Positions 47,691-56,725 of a stretch of 64,000 nt of DNA are shown here, in pieces. The notes beneath the pieces are model-generated. The model had not been told where the DNA came from. It was given only the letters and a program-made list of their open reading frames with translations, and ran no database searches. How positions within the stretch are numbered: the first letter of the stretch is position 1; each line of letters begins with the position of its first letter. Both the position numbers and the translations under genes were made by a program. This stretch comes from an uncultured Lachnospiraceae bacterium (lineage in GTDB: Bacteria; Bacillota; Clostridia; Lachnospirales; Lachnospiraceae), in the NCBI GenBank assembly GCA_910586125.1, contig CAJUHP010000003.1:98552-162551 (forward strand), read 5' to 3'.

Positions 47691-48088
47691 CGGAACTGAT
47701 CCGGACAGAGGAAAACAAAAGCATAAGCTTTGGCAATTACGAATTGGAAGCCAAGGCCAAACTCGATCACTATGCGGTGGGAGGCGATCTGTATAAGGTT
47801 AAGACCTTCCGGGAGATTACCAAGCTGGAGCGAAACGGCATGTTCGTATATGAGTCCGTGCCGGGCACAGCGGTCCATCACTTTGCAGCGGATGAGAACG
47901 GCGTCAGTTTTCTGGTGGAGGCGGCCAGGGATTGTCAGATTACGCTGGAACTTGAGGAGAACCAGGAGTACAGCGTCACGGTGGACGGCGCCATGGTGGG
48001 ACAGTACCGGACCAATATGGGCGGCAAGTTGTCTATCAGCCTGGAGATGGATAACGGCGCGGGCAAGACCGTCCGCATTCAGAAATAG
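47678..48088 (+). CDS. hypothetical 136-aa protein between clpC and radA
   Basis: ATG 8 nt after AGGAGG. Overlaps the clpC end by 13 nt. No motif recognised. Confidence 0.5.
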   Translation: MSVVTELIRTEENKSISFGNYELEAKAKLDHYAVGGDLYKVKTFREITKLERNGMFVYESVPGTAVHHFAADENGVSFLVEAARDCQITLELEENQEYSVTVDGAMVGQYRTNMGGKLSISLEMDNGAGKTVRIQK

Positions 48089-48102
48089 AGAGAGCAGACC
48101 GT

Positions 48103-49491
48103 ATGGCGAAAGCAAAAGGAACCATTTTTTTCTGCAAGGAATGCGGTTATGAATCGTCCAAATGGCTGGGACAGTGTCCTGGCTGTAAAGAGTGGAATAC
48201 CTTTGTCGAGGCGCCGGCGGCGCCAAAAAGCGCCGCACATACAGGAATCAGCAGCCGGAGTACAGCCTCCGGCTTTGCTGTACCCGGCAGGCCGAAACCG
48301 CAGACTCTTCGGGAGATCGCCTCGGATACGGCATCCCGAAAAAATACGGGCTTTCCGGAGCTGGACCGCGTCCTGGGAGGCGGGATTGTGGCCGGTTCGC
48401 TGGTTTTGGTGGGAGGGGATCCCGGCATCGGCAAATCCACGCTTCTTCTGCAGATGTGTAAAAATCTGACGGCCGTCGGGACGGACGTGCTGTATATATC
48501 CGGGGAGGAATCTCTGCATCAGATCAAGCTGCGGGCCGACCGAATGGGCGAATTTTCCGAGAAGCTCATGCTTTTGTGCGAGACCAGCCTGGATGTGATC
48601 GGGCCGGTGATCGAGGAGATGAAACCGCAGGTGGTTATCATCGACTCGATCCAGACCGTGTACCGGGAGTCGGTGGACGCGGCGCCAGGCAGCGTCAGTC
48701 AGGTGCGGGAAACCACGATGGCACTTTTACAGCTTGCCAAAGGGCTGGGGGTTTCGATTTTTATTGTGGGACATGTGACAAAGGAGGGCACCGTAGCCGG
48801 TCCCAGAATGCTGGAGCACATGGTGGATACCGTGCTGTATTTTGAGGGCGACCGTCACGCCTCGTACCGCATGCTGCGGGGAGTAAAGAACCGCTTTGGC
48901 TCCACCAATGAGATCGGCGTCTTTGAGATGGGAGGCGACGGGCTGCACGAGGTTCCCAATCCATCCCAGTATCTTTTGAACGGGCGGCCGCAGAACGCTT
49001 CCGGCTCGGTGGTGACATGCGCCATGGAGGGGACAAGGCCGCTCTTGCTGGAAGTGCAGGCGTTAGTCTGCCGGACCAACTTTGGTCAGCCCCGCCGCAC
49101 GGCGGCCGGAACCGATTACAATCGGGTGAATCTCTTGCTGGCGGTATTGGAAAAGCGTCTGGGGATGCGTTTAGGGGAATGTGACGCCTATGTGAATATC
49201 GCCGGCGGGATGCGTATCAATGAACCCGCGCTCGATCTGGGAATTGTCATAGCGGTGGTATCCAGCTATCGGGATCTGTGCGTTTCGGACGACACCATGA
49301 TCTTCGGGGAGGTGGGACTGTCCGGGGAAGTGCGGGCGGTGAGCATGGCGGATCAGAGGATTGCGGAGGCCAGAAGGCTGGGTTTTACCACGTGCATTCT
49401 GCCAAAAGTGTCGTTAAAGGGATTGCAAAAAACAGGAGACATGCGACTGATCGGCGTGGACAGCGTGGCGGAGGCAATGAAAGCTTTGTAG
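48103..49491 (+). CDS. radA: DNA repair protein RadA/Sms
   Basis: N-terminal zinc ribbon CKECGYESSKWLGQCPGC, Walker A GGDPGIGKST, KNRFG motif, Lon-like C-domain. Confidence 0.95.
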   Translation: MAKAKGTIFFCKECGYESSKWLGQCPGCKEWNTFVEAPAAPKSAAHTGISSRSTASGFAVPGRPKPQTLREIASDTASRKNTGFPELDRVLGGGIVAGSLVLVGGDPGIGKSTLLLQMCKNLTAVGTDVLYISGEESLHQIKLRADRMGEFSEKLMLLCETSLDVIGPVIEEMKPQVVIIDSIQTVYRESVDAAPGSVSQVRETTMALLQLAKGLGVSIFIVGHVTKEGTVAGPRMLEHMVDTVLYFEGDRHASYRMLRGVKNRFGSTNEIGVFEMGGDGLHEVPNPSQYLLNGRPQNASGSVVTCAMEGTRPLLLEVQALVCRTNFGQPRRTAAGTDYNRVNLLLAVLEKRLGMRLGECDAYVNIAGGMRINEPALDLGIVIAVVSSYRDLCVSDDTMIFGEVGLSGEVRAVSMADQRIAEARRLGFTTCILPKVSLKGLQKTGDMRLIGVDSVAEAMKAL

Positions 49492-49526
49492 GAAACTTGG
49501 ATCTGCTTTGTAGGAAACTCGGAACT
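49483..49526 (+). repeat. 22-bp tandem duplication (2 copies, 20/22 identical) spanning the radA stop codon
   Basis: GCTTTGTAGGAAACTTGGATCT followed by GCTTTGTAGGAAACTCGGAACT. Confidence 0.8.
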
Positions 49527-49607
49527 GCCACTTGACATTTTGACGAATTGAGTATAAAATCAATATATTGTATTTGTACAATGAAAACTAAATAAGGAGG
49601 TGCTCCT

Positions 49608-51161
49608 GTGCCAGACCCAATCTATGTGATCATAACTGTGGCTATTATTGCAGTATGTATCGTAATCACCTGGTATGCGGCGATCTCGTATCGGATTAAA
49701 GTATACGAGAGCAAGATCGGTTCCGCGGAAGAAAAATCCAGGGAAATTATAGACGAAGCCTTGAAGGTAGCAGAGACAAAGAAAAGGGAGGCCCTCTTAG
49801 AAGCGAAGGAAGAGTCCTTACGGGCGAAGAACGAAGCAGAGAGAGAGGCCAAGGAAAGAAGAGCCGAGATTCAGCGGATGGAACGCCGCGTCATGAACAG
49901 AGAAGAAAATCTGGATAAGAAATCGGAGGCTCTGGAGAAAAAGGAAGCAAATTTAGCATCAAAAGAGGAATCACTGACGGCGAGAAAGCGCGAGACAGAC
50001 GAACTTTACAACAAGGAATTGCAGGAACTGGAACGTATTTCAGGGCTCACCTCCGAACAGGCAAAAGAATATCTTCTTAAAACGATTGAAGACGATGTGA
50101 AGCACGATGCCGCCAGAATGATCAAGGACCTGGAGAATCAGGCCAGGGAGGACGCCGTAAAACGCGCCAGAGAGTATGTTGTGACTGCGATTCAGAAATG
50201 TGCGGCGGATCATGTGACGGAATCCACGATTTCCGTGGTAAATCTTCCGAGCGATGAGATGAAGGGGCGGATTATCGGACGCGAGGGCCGCAACATCCGC
50301 ACGCTGGAGACGCTGACGGGCGTGGACCTGATTATTGACGATACGCCGGAGGCTGTTATTCTGTCCGGTTTTGATCCGATCCGCCGTGAGATTGCCCGCA
50401 TTGCTTTGGAGAAACTGATTGTGGACGGGCGTATTCATCCCGCCCGAATCGAGGAGATGGTGGAGAAGGCCAGACGCGAAGTGGAGAGCTTAATCCGCGA
50501 GGAGGGCGAATCTGCTCTGATGGAAGTAGGAATCCATGGGATTCATCCGGAGTTGGTAAAACTGCTTGGCAAGATGCGGTTCCGCACCAGCTACGGACAG
50601 AACGCGCTGCGCCATTCCATTGAGGTGGCGCATTTATCCGGTCTGCTGGCCGCGGAGCTGGGGTTGGACGTGCGCGTAGCCAAGAGGGCCGGTCTGCTTC
50701 ACGATATCGGCAAATCCGTTGATCATGAGCAGGAAGGCTCCCATATTCAGTTAGGTGCAGCGCTCTGCCGCAAATACAAGGAATCCGCTGTTGTGATCAA
50801 TGCGGTGGAGTCCCATCATGGAGATGTGGAACCGGAGACATTGGTTGCATGTGTTGTACAGGCAGCCGATACGATCTCGGCGGCCAGACCCGGCGCCAGA
50901 CGAGAGACGCTGGAAACATATACCAATCGTTTGAAGCAGTTAGAAGATATTGCCAATGCGTATAAGGGCGTTGATAAATCCTTTGCAATTCAGGCCGGCC
51001 GTGAAGTGCGTGTCATGGTGGTGCCGGAGCAGGTCAGCGACGACGATATGATACTGCTTGCCAGAAATATTTCCAAGCAGATTGAGGAAGAGCTAGAATA
51101 TCCTGGTCAGATTAAGGTAAATGTAATTCGTGAATCCCGCGTAACTGATTTCGCAAAATAG
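49608..51161 (+). CDS. rny: ribonuclease Y
   Basis: An N-terminal TM helix, coiled coil, KH domain ([12 protein letters not shown]) and HD domain (LLHDIGK). GTG start 7 nt after AAGGAGG. Confidence 0.95.
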   Translation: MPDPIYVIITVAIIAVCIVITWYAAISYRIKVYESKIGSAEEKSREIIDEALKVAETKKREALLEAKEESLRAKNEAEREAKERRAEIQRMERRVMNREENLDKKSEALEKKEANLASKEESLTARKRETDELYNKELQELERISGLTSEQAKEYLLKTIEDDVKHDAARMIKDLENQAREDAVKRAREYVVTAIQKCAADHVTESTISVVNLPSDEMKGRIIGREGRNIRTLETLTGVDLIIDDTPEAVILSGFDPIRREIARIALEKLIVDGRIHPARIEEMVEKARREVESLIREEGESALMEVGIHGIHPELVKLLGKMRFRTSYGQNALRHSIEVAHLSGLLAAELGLDVRVAKRAGLLHDIGKSVDHEQEGSHIQLGAALCRKYKESAVVINAVESHHGDVEPETLVACVVQAADTISAARPGARRETLETYTNRLKQLEDIANAYKGVDKSFAIQAGREVRVMVVPEQVSDDDMILLARNISKQIEEELEYPGQIKVNVIRESRVTDFAK

Positions 51162-51176
51162 AGCGAATAGGAACTG

Positions 51177-51214
51177 AACAGGGCAGAGATGTAAAAATCT
51201 CCGCCCTGTTTTTC
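51177..51214 (+). terminator. rny terminator
   Basis: Stem ACAGGGCAGAGAT / ATCTCCGCCCTGT (one mismatch) followed by TTTTCTGTTT. Confidence 0.75.
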
Positions 51215-51414
51215 TGTTTGTTTCTGCCAGATCATGGGGAAAACCGTGCCTGTTTTTGGCGATCGGCTCTGCAAAATTTGAAAAAATGGAGAAGCCTATC
51301 TTTATTTTCTCTTGTTTCTTCGGGAATATGCCACAAATCTTGTTGTTTTTCTTTTCTATTTTATTCTTTTTTTACCTTGATTTTACAAAAAATTTATGAT
51401 ATCCTAAGAATTAG

Positions 51415-51485
51415 TTTTCAATATAGGGCAGGCGATATGGGCCTGCTGTTTCTACCCGGTGTCCGTGATTCACCAGACTATTGAA
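51415..51485 (+). promoter_or_regulatory. purine riboswitch aptamer, guanine/hypoxanthine class
   Basis: CAATATAGGGCAGGCGATATGGGCCTGCTGTTTCTACCCGGTGTCCGTGATTCACCAGACTATTG contains the conserved GATATGG and GTTTCTACC elements. The discriminator immediately before the 3' P1 strand is C, which indicates the guanine type. Confidence 0.85.
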
Positions 51486-51561
51486 AAACGATAAGCCGGG
51501 ACGGGACGGCACAGCACAGCGCCTGTTGTAACTACGAGGATTAAACCTGAGGAGGAAAGGA

Positions 51562-52872
51562 ATGGAGACGTTCTTCAAACTGAAAGAACACAACACGAGC
51601 GTTAAAACAGAGGTGATCGCCGGCGTTACTACGTTTTTTGCCATGGCTTACATCATCTTTGTCAATCCGAGCTATCTGTCATTGGCAGGGATGGATTACA
51701 CGGCCGTTTTGGTGGCGACCTGTCTGTCTGCCGCTGTCGGATCGCTCCTGACCGCGTTCATTGCCAACGTACCCTTTGCCCAGGCGCCGGGAATGGGATT
51801 GAACGCATTCTTTACTTATACGATTGTCTTGGCAAACGGATATACCTGGGAGCAGGGTCTGGGAATTGTATTTATTTCCGGTATTCTGTTTTTGGTTATC
51901 ATGGTATCTCCGCTTCGCAGCATGATTATCAATTCGATTCCCGCCTGCTTAAAGAATGCTATTTCTGCAGGTATCGGATTGTTTATCGCTTTCATCGGCC
52001 TGCTGAACGCCGGAATCATTCAGTGCTTCGGTCCGGAGGGAAGCAATTACACCGATATGGGTACGATAACCAGCGGAGCGGCGTTGCTGGCGTTGATCGG
52101 CCTGCTGATAACCGGTATTTTGATCGCCTATAAGGTGAAGGCGGCGATCTTTATCGGAATATTGATTACCACGGTGATCGGAATTCCGCTGGGCGTGACT
52201 ACGATTCCGAATTCGTTCACTATGAGCGATATCGGCAATCTGAGCATGACCGCATTTAAGCTGGATCTGCCCGGCGCATTCAGCCTGGGAATTCCGCTGC
52301 TGTTATCCAGCGTGGTCAGCTTTGCCATCGTGGATATGTTTGATACGGTGGGAACGCTGCTCGGCACGGCTGGGAACGCCGGTATGCTGGATGAGAAAGG
52401 CAATCTGCCCGGCGGTGATAAAGCGCTGATTGCCGATGCTGTGGGTACGCTGTTCGGTGCTCTGATGGGTACGTCCACGGTTACGACCTTCGTGGAGTCC
52501 TCCACGGGTATTCAGGAGGGCGGACGGACGGGTCTGACTTCTGTGGTGACGGGTATTTTGTTCCTGGTTGCGATTCTGCTGGCTCCTGTGGCTGGCATCA
52601 TTCCGGCAGCCGCTACGGCTCCGGCTCTGATTATTGTCGGCGTGTATATGATTCACGGCGCGGTGAAGATCAACTGGACTGATTTTGAGGAGGCGCTGCC
52701 CTGCTTTTTAACGATCGCGATGATGCCGTTTGCGTACAGCATTTCGGACGGTATCGGGTTTGGGTTTATCGCCTATACGGTGATTAAGGTAGCCCGCGGC
52801 AAAGCCAAAGAAGTGCCGGTTCTGATTTATCTGCTGTCTGCGTTGTTTATTCTGCTGTATCTGATTGGATAG
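51562..52872 (+). CDS. NCS2-family (AzgA/PbuG-like) purine permease
   Basis: TEVIAGVTTFFAMAYIIFVNP, QAPGMGLNAFF, TTFVESSTGI; 436 aa. Preceded by the guanine riboswitch. Confidence 0.9.
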   Translation: METFFKLKEHNTSVKTEVIAGVTTFFAMAYIIFVNPSYLSLAGMDYTAVLVATCLSAAVGSLLTAFIANVPFAQAPGMGLNAFFTYTIVLANGYTWEQGLGIVFISGILFLVIMVSPLRSMIINSIPACLKNAISAGIGLFIAFIGLLNAGIIQCFGPEGSNYTDMGTITSGAALLALIGLLITGILIAYKVKAAIFIGILITTVIGIPLGVTTIPNSFTMSDIGNLSMTAFKLDLPGAFSLGIPLLLSSVVSFAIVDMFDTVGTLLGTAGNAGMLDEKGNLPGGDKALIADAVGTLFGALMGTSTVTTFVESSTGIQEGGRTGLTSVVTGILFLVAILLAPVAGIIPAAATAPALIIVGVYMIHGAVKINWTDFEEALPCFLTIAMMPFAYSISDGIGFGFIAYTVIKVARGKAKEVPVLIYLLSALFILLYLIG

Positions 52873-52904
52873 GACGAAACAACGAATTCCCTGATTTTGA
52901 TAAG

Positions 52905-52947
52905 AGGCAGGGTGGGTTTTCAAATGGGAGAGCCTGCCTTGCTTTTT
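52905..52947 (+). terminator. probable terminator after the permease gene
   Basis: AGGCAGG / CCTGCCT stem with a long loop, followed by TGCTTTTTCTT. Confidence 0.5.
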
Positions 52948-53018
52948 CTTATTGTACGACAACTTTTTTTTATGGGGGAAGTTTAAGAAAATTGTAAGAA
53001 AAAGGACATGTCAAAATA

Positions 53019-53047
53019 TTGACAAAATGAATGTGATATGGTAGAAT
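53019..53047 (+). promoter_or_regulatory. promoter (TTGACA-17-TGgTAGAAT)
   Basis: TTGACA at 53019-53024 and an extended -10 TGGTAGAAT ending at 53047. Confidence 0.6.
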
Positions 53048-53076
53048 CCAATCAATAAAAGGGAGTAGCCCACACG

Positions 53077-53151
53077 ATGAGAAAAGTGGTTCGAGATCGT
53101 CAGCACGATGACAACATCCGTATCGATTTAGCGGCAAGACTTTTATTGTAG
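53077..53151 (+). CDS. 24-codon mini-ORF candidate (MRKVVRDRQHDDNIRIDLAARLLL)
   Basis: GGGAG about 11 nt upstream of ATG 53077. The stop lies inside the following terminator stem. Confidence 0.3.
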   Translation: MRKVVRDRQHDDNIRIDLAARLLL

Positions 53152-53181
53152 CGGCAGTGCTGCAATGACAGTCTTTTTTTT
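53137..53181 (+). terminator. intrinsic terminator closing the mini-ORF unit
   Basis: AGACT.TTATTG (53137-53148) pairs with CAATGA.AGTCT (53063 numbering corrected: 53163-53174), followed by a run of 8 T to 53181. Confidence 0.65.
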
Positions 53182-53437
53182 GAAGCTGTTGAGACGTTAT
53201 GTAAACAAGCTGTTCAGCGGCATGGCTGCGGGCTTTGGATGGAGCCGGAGAAAGTCATTTGTCCCTGGGGTTCCCTGACGGTGGGCAAGACGAAGGAAAG
53301 GAGGAGAGCGATACAGGGAGAGAGGCAAAGACTGTGATGAAACAGAAGAAAGCCGTCTGGCTTTTGGCTGTGATTTACGGGAGAGAAACAAACAGAAAAG
53401 TGGCAGAGAAATGATCTGCCAGGAGAGGAGACATTGT

Positions 53438-54976
53438 ATGTTAAAGTTTATCACGGAAAATATGGGAATGGTCATGAGCGTTATAGCCGCGGTCGTTTTG
53501 CTTGGTATTATCGCCTCGGGATATGTGAAGGCGCCGCCGGATACGGCATTTATCATATCCGGTCTGAGAAAGAAGACGATCATCGGGCGCTCCAGCATCA
53601 AGATTCCGTTTCTGGAAAGGTTGGATAAGCTGAGTTTGAAGCTGATTCCCATCGATGTAAAGACATCCAGTGCCGTGCCGACAGCGGACTATATCAATAT
53701 ACAGGTGGATGCGGCGGTCAATGTGAAGATCAGCAGCGAGGCAGACCGGCTGCGGCTGGCCGCGGAGAATTTTTTGAATCAGCCCACCGATTATATTGCC
53801 AAAGTAGCCAGAGAGGTTTTGGAGGGCAATATGCGTGAGATCGTGGGCCGGATGCGTCTCGAAGAGATGGTCAGCGACCGGCAGAAATTTGCAAATCTGG
53901 TCAAGGAGAACGCAGAACCGGATCTGGCGGCCATGGGTTTGGATATCGTGAGCTTCAATGTGCAGAATTTTACGGACAGCAACGGCGTGATTGATGATCT
54001 GGGTATTGACAATATCTCGCAGATCAAGAAGAAAGCGGCGATCGCCAAGGCCGAAGCAGAGAAGGAGATCGCGGTGGCTAAGGCGGATGCTGACAGGCAG
54101 GCCAACGACGCGCGGATCAATTCGGAGCGTGAGATCGCGATCAAGAACAATGAGCTGGAGATTCAGAAGGCAGATTTGAAGAAGCATTCCGACACCAAGA
54201 AAGCGGAAGCGGACGCCGCCTATGAGATTCAGAAGGAGGAGCAGCGCAAGTCGATCGAGGTAACGGCGGCGGAGGCGGATATTGCCCGCGAGGAGAAGAA
54301 TATTCTCTTAAAGCAGAAGGAAGCCGAGGTTATGGAACAGTCGCTGGACGCCCAGATCCGCAAGAAGGCGGAGGCCGAGCGCTTTGCGCGCCAGCAGAAG
54401 GCGGAGGCGGAGCTGTTTGAGCGCCAGAAGGATGCAGAAGCCAGGAAATTCCAGATTCAGAAAGAAGCGGAGGCGCAGAAGGCGCAGGCCGAGGCGGACC
54501 GCTATTCCAAGGAGCAGGAAGCGATGGGTATCCGGCAGGTTGGCGAGGCGGAAGCCGAGGCGATCCGAGCCAAGGGTCTGGCGGAGGCGGAAGCCATGGA
54601 AAAAAAGGCGGAGGCTTACCAGAAGTACAACAATGCGGCAATGGCCGAGATGCTGATCACGGTATTGCCGGATATTGCCGGCAAGATCGCGGAGCCCCTG
54701 ACGCAGATCGACAAGATTACGATCATCGGCAGCGACGGCAAGGGCAGCGGCGTGGAAACGGTAGCCGGAAATGTGCCGGCGGTAATGACAAAGCTGTTTG
54801 AGGCCATGAAGGAAACGGTGGGCATTGATCTGGGAGAGATCATGCGGGCCGACACCTACGATGCGAAGGTAACGCGCAATATTCATGTAACCGGCATGGA
54901 GAACGGCAGCGACGAGGCGGCCGCTGCACTGACCGGGACGGTGGCCGGGCTCTCCGCCGAGACAGAGAATACATGA
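53438..54976 (+). CDS. flotillin-like SPFH domain protein (FloT/YuaG-like)
   Basis: An N-terminal hairpin anchor, an SPFH domain, and a long Ala/Glu/Lys flotillin-type coiled coil (EAEAQKAQAEA...). ATG 53438 after AGGAGAGGAG. Confidence 0.85.
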   Translation: MLKFITENMGMVMSVIAAVVLLGIIASGYVKAPPDTAFIISGLRKKTIIGRSSIKIPFLERLDKLSLKLIPIDVKTSSAVPTADYINIQVDAAVNVKISSEADRLRLAAENFLNQPTDYIAKVAREVLEGNMREIVGRMRLEEMVSDRQKFANLVKENAEPDLAAMGLDIVSFNVQNFTDSNGVIDDLGIDNISQIKKKAAIAKAEAEKEIAVAKADADRQANDARINSEREIAIKNNELEIQKADLKKHSDTKKAEADAAYEIQKEEQRKSIEVTAAEADIAREEKNILLKQKEAEVMEQSLDAQIRKKAEAERFARQQKAEAELFERQKDAEARKFQIQKEAEAQKAQAEADRYSKEQEAMGIRQVGEAEAEAIRAKGLAEAEAMEKKAEAYQKYNNAAMAEMLITVLPDIAGKIAEPLTQIDKITIIGSDGKGSGVETVAGNVPAVMTKLFEAMKETVGIDLGEIMRADTYDAKVTRNIHVTGMENGSDEAAAALTGTVAGLSAETENT

Positions 54977-55039
54977 CCGAAGCCTTTCGGGAAAGCTCTG
55001 AGAACATAACATGTTAACGAGGCTGTTGACAATAACCGA

Positions 55040-55071
55040 AAGCTGGGAGGAAATTTCCTTCCAGCTTTTTT
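55040..55071 (+). terminator. flotillin gene terminator
   Basis: AGCTGGGAGGAAA / TTTCCTTCCAGCT stem followed by T6. Confidence 0.8.
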
Positions 55072-55163
55072 GGATGGTATGGATAGCAGGACAAAAAACG
55101 GGAAGAAATTTTTTGAGAAAAGAAATTGTCTCGGAAAACCATGCCTGCGAGCTGTAATTGCGG

Positions 55164-55192
55164 TTGAAGCCCCTGTTTTTTTGTGATATACT
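55164..55192 (+). promoter_or_regulatory. promoter (TTGAAG-17-TGaTATACT)
   Basis: Hexamers at 55164-55169 and 55187-55192, with an extended -10. Confidence 0.55.
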
Positions 55193-55250
55193 CATGAAAA
55201 AGAGCGGCCCGGTGCAGGAGAAGGAAGGGCGGCAGGGAGGGGAGATATCT

Positions 55251-55787
55251 ATGGAAGAAGTCAAGCGTTTGGGCAGAGAATTAAAATACAAGGGCGTGCT
55301 GGTCAATATCTATGCGGACACGATGGAGCTGCCGGACGGCAAGACCGTACAGTGGGATTTTATTCACCATGACGGAGCAGCGGCTGTTGTGCCGGTGCAA
55401 GACGACGGCAGGATTCTGATGGTTCGTCAGTACCGCAATGCGCTGGACCGCGCCACGCTGGAGATACCGGCCGGCAAGGTTGACCAGGCCGGCGAGTCCA
55501 AAAAAGAATGCGCCCGCAGGGAGCTGGAGGAGGAGACCGGCTACCGCTGCGAGAATCTGGAATATCTGATCAGTCTGAACACGACGGTGGCGCTCTGCGA
55601 CGAGCTGATTGAAATCTATGTGGCGCCGAATCTGATTCCATCCAGACAGCATCTGGACGCGGATGAATACGTGGATGTGGAGGCATGGGAGCTGGATGAT
55701 CTGTGCCGTATGATATACGCGGGAGAATTGAGAGATTCCAAGACGGTAGCGGCGATTCTGGCGTATAAGGCAAAGTATAGAATGTAA
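55251..55787 (+). CDS. NUDIX hydrolase (ADP-ribose pyrophosphatase-like)
   Basis: Nudix box GKVDQAGESKKECARRELEEETGY. SD GGGAGGGGAG. Confidence 0.85.
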   Translation: MEEVKRLGRELKYKGVLVNIYADTMELPDGKTVQWDFIHHDGAAAVVPVQDDGRILMVRQYRNALDRATLEIPAGKVDQAGESKKECARRELEEETGYRCENLEYLISLNTTVALCDELIEIYVAPNLIPSRQHLDADEYVDVEAWELDDLCRMIYAGELRDSKTVAAILAYKAKYRM

Positions 55788-55839
55788 TGCCGCCGGTACT
55801 GGCGGACAGAAAAGTTGGTATGGACCGGCACTTTTTCGC

Positions 55840-55933
55840 ATACCTTATTAGTACGTGCAAAGCACATGTCATGCGGGGACTTAAAGATACCTTATTTACA
55901 CGTGCGGAGCATATACCATACGGGATACTCGAA
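55840..55933 (+). repeat. two adjacent ~47-bp imperfect direct repeats (about 70 percent identical)
   Basis: ATACCTTATTAGTACGTGCAAAGCACATGTCATGCGGGGACTTAAAG followed by ATACCTTATTTACACGTGCGGAGCATATACCATACGGGATACTCGAAG. Confidence 0.7.
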
Positions 55934-55979
55934 GGAGGAGTACCCCTTTTTCTGTAAGGAAAAGCAGGGAGGTGAAAAA

Positions 55980-56585
55980 GTGCCGCGTTTTCGTGTGCAG
56001 ATTCAGATTCGGGAGCGTCATAAACTGATGTTTCTTTTTCTTTTGGGGTTGGTGGGATGCGCTTTTTTTGTGAGAAAAGCAGGTGTCCGGGCCGAGGAAG
56101 AGATCCTGTCAGGCGGCAGCGCTTTTTTTGTGAAATTGGCCGAGGAGGATACAGCGGGGATGATGCCTCATTTTCTGTGGCACAGGAGCATCCTGCCGGC
56201 TGTGTGGATCGGGCTCAGTTTTACGGCGCTGGGGGCAGTCTCTCTGTATTTGTGCTGGCTGTATCTGGGCTTTGCCATGGGAGCGTTTTTGTGGGCCGTC
56301 ATGGTCTATGGCGGGTGGAGAGGTCCGTTTTATTTCTGGGGGCTGGTTTTTCCCCATTATCTGCTGTATGCACCGGCTCTGCTTCTTCTCTATATCGCTT
56401 GTCTGCGCTGGAATCATTTCTGGATGGAACACCGCCGTTATCGGAGAAGAATAGCCCCGGCCAATCCGCAGGTCCGTCTGTTTGCCGTCCGTCTGACGTT
56501 GGGACTTTTGCTGTACGGCTTGGGAATTTGGTCAGAATGCTGTCTGAATCCCTGGATTTTCAAAAGGATTTTCATAAAACCGTAA
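55980..56585 (+). CDS. spoIIM: stage II sporulation protein M-like membrane protein
   Basis: About 200 aa with 5 TM helices. NUDIX - spoIIM - xerD synteny as recalled from other Firmicutes. GTG 55980 lies 7 nt after GGGAGG. Start and family are both tentative. Confidence 0.5.
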   Translation: MPRFRVQIQIRERHKLMFLFLLGLVGCAFFVRKAGVRAEEEILSGGSAFFVKLAEEDTAGMMPHFLWHRSILPAVWIGLSFTALGAVSLYLCWLYLGFAMGAFLWAVMVYGGWRGPFYFWGLVFPHYLLYAPALLLLYIACLRWNHFWMEHRRYRRRIAPANPQVRLFAVRLTLGLLLYGLGIWSECCLNPWIFKRIFIKP

Positions 56586-56602
56586 GAAAAAAGTAAAAAA
56601 TG

Positions 56603-56631
56603 TTGATTTTTGGCTGTTAAAGTTTTATAAT
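56603..56631 (+). promoter_or_regulatory. promoter (TTGATT-17-TATAAT)
   Basis: Hexamers at 56603-56608 and 56626-56631, upstream of the xerD-like gene. Confidence 0.55.
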
Positions 56632-56725
56632 ATAGCCAGAACCTCCCTATGCACAATTTGCGCGGTACAAAACGTATCGTGACGCATGTGGGTATGAAAA
56701 TTACAATAGAGATCGTGAGGAACGA

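Noticed and set aside
49532-49558. A TTGACA ... TATAAA promoter for rny.
   Set aside because: The spacer is only 15 nt, so the pairing of these hexamers is doubtful. I did not list it as a feature.
53080-53100. A tRNA-like T-loop sequence (GGTTCGAGATC) inside the mini-ORF unit.
   Set aside because: The flanking bases cannot form a T-stem, and no acceptor or anticodon arms can be drawn. It is a coincidental match.
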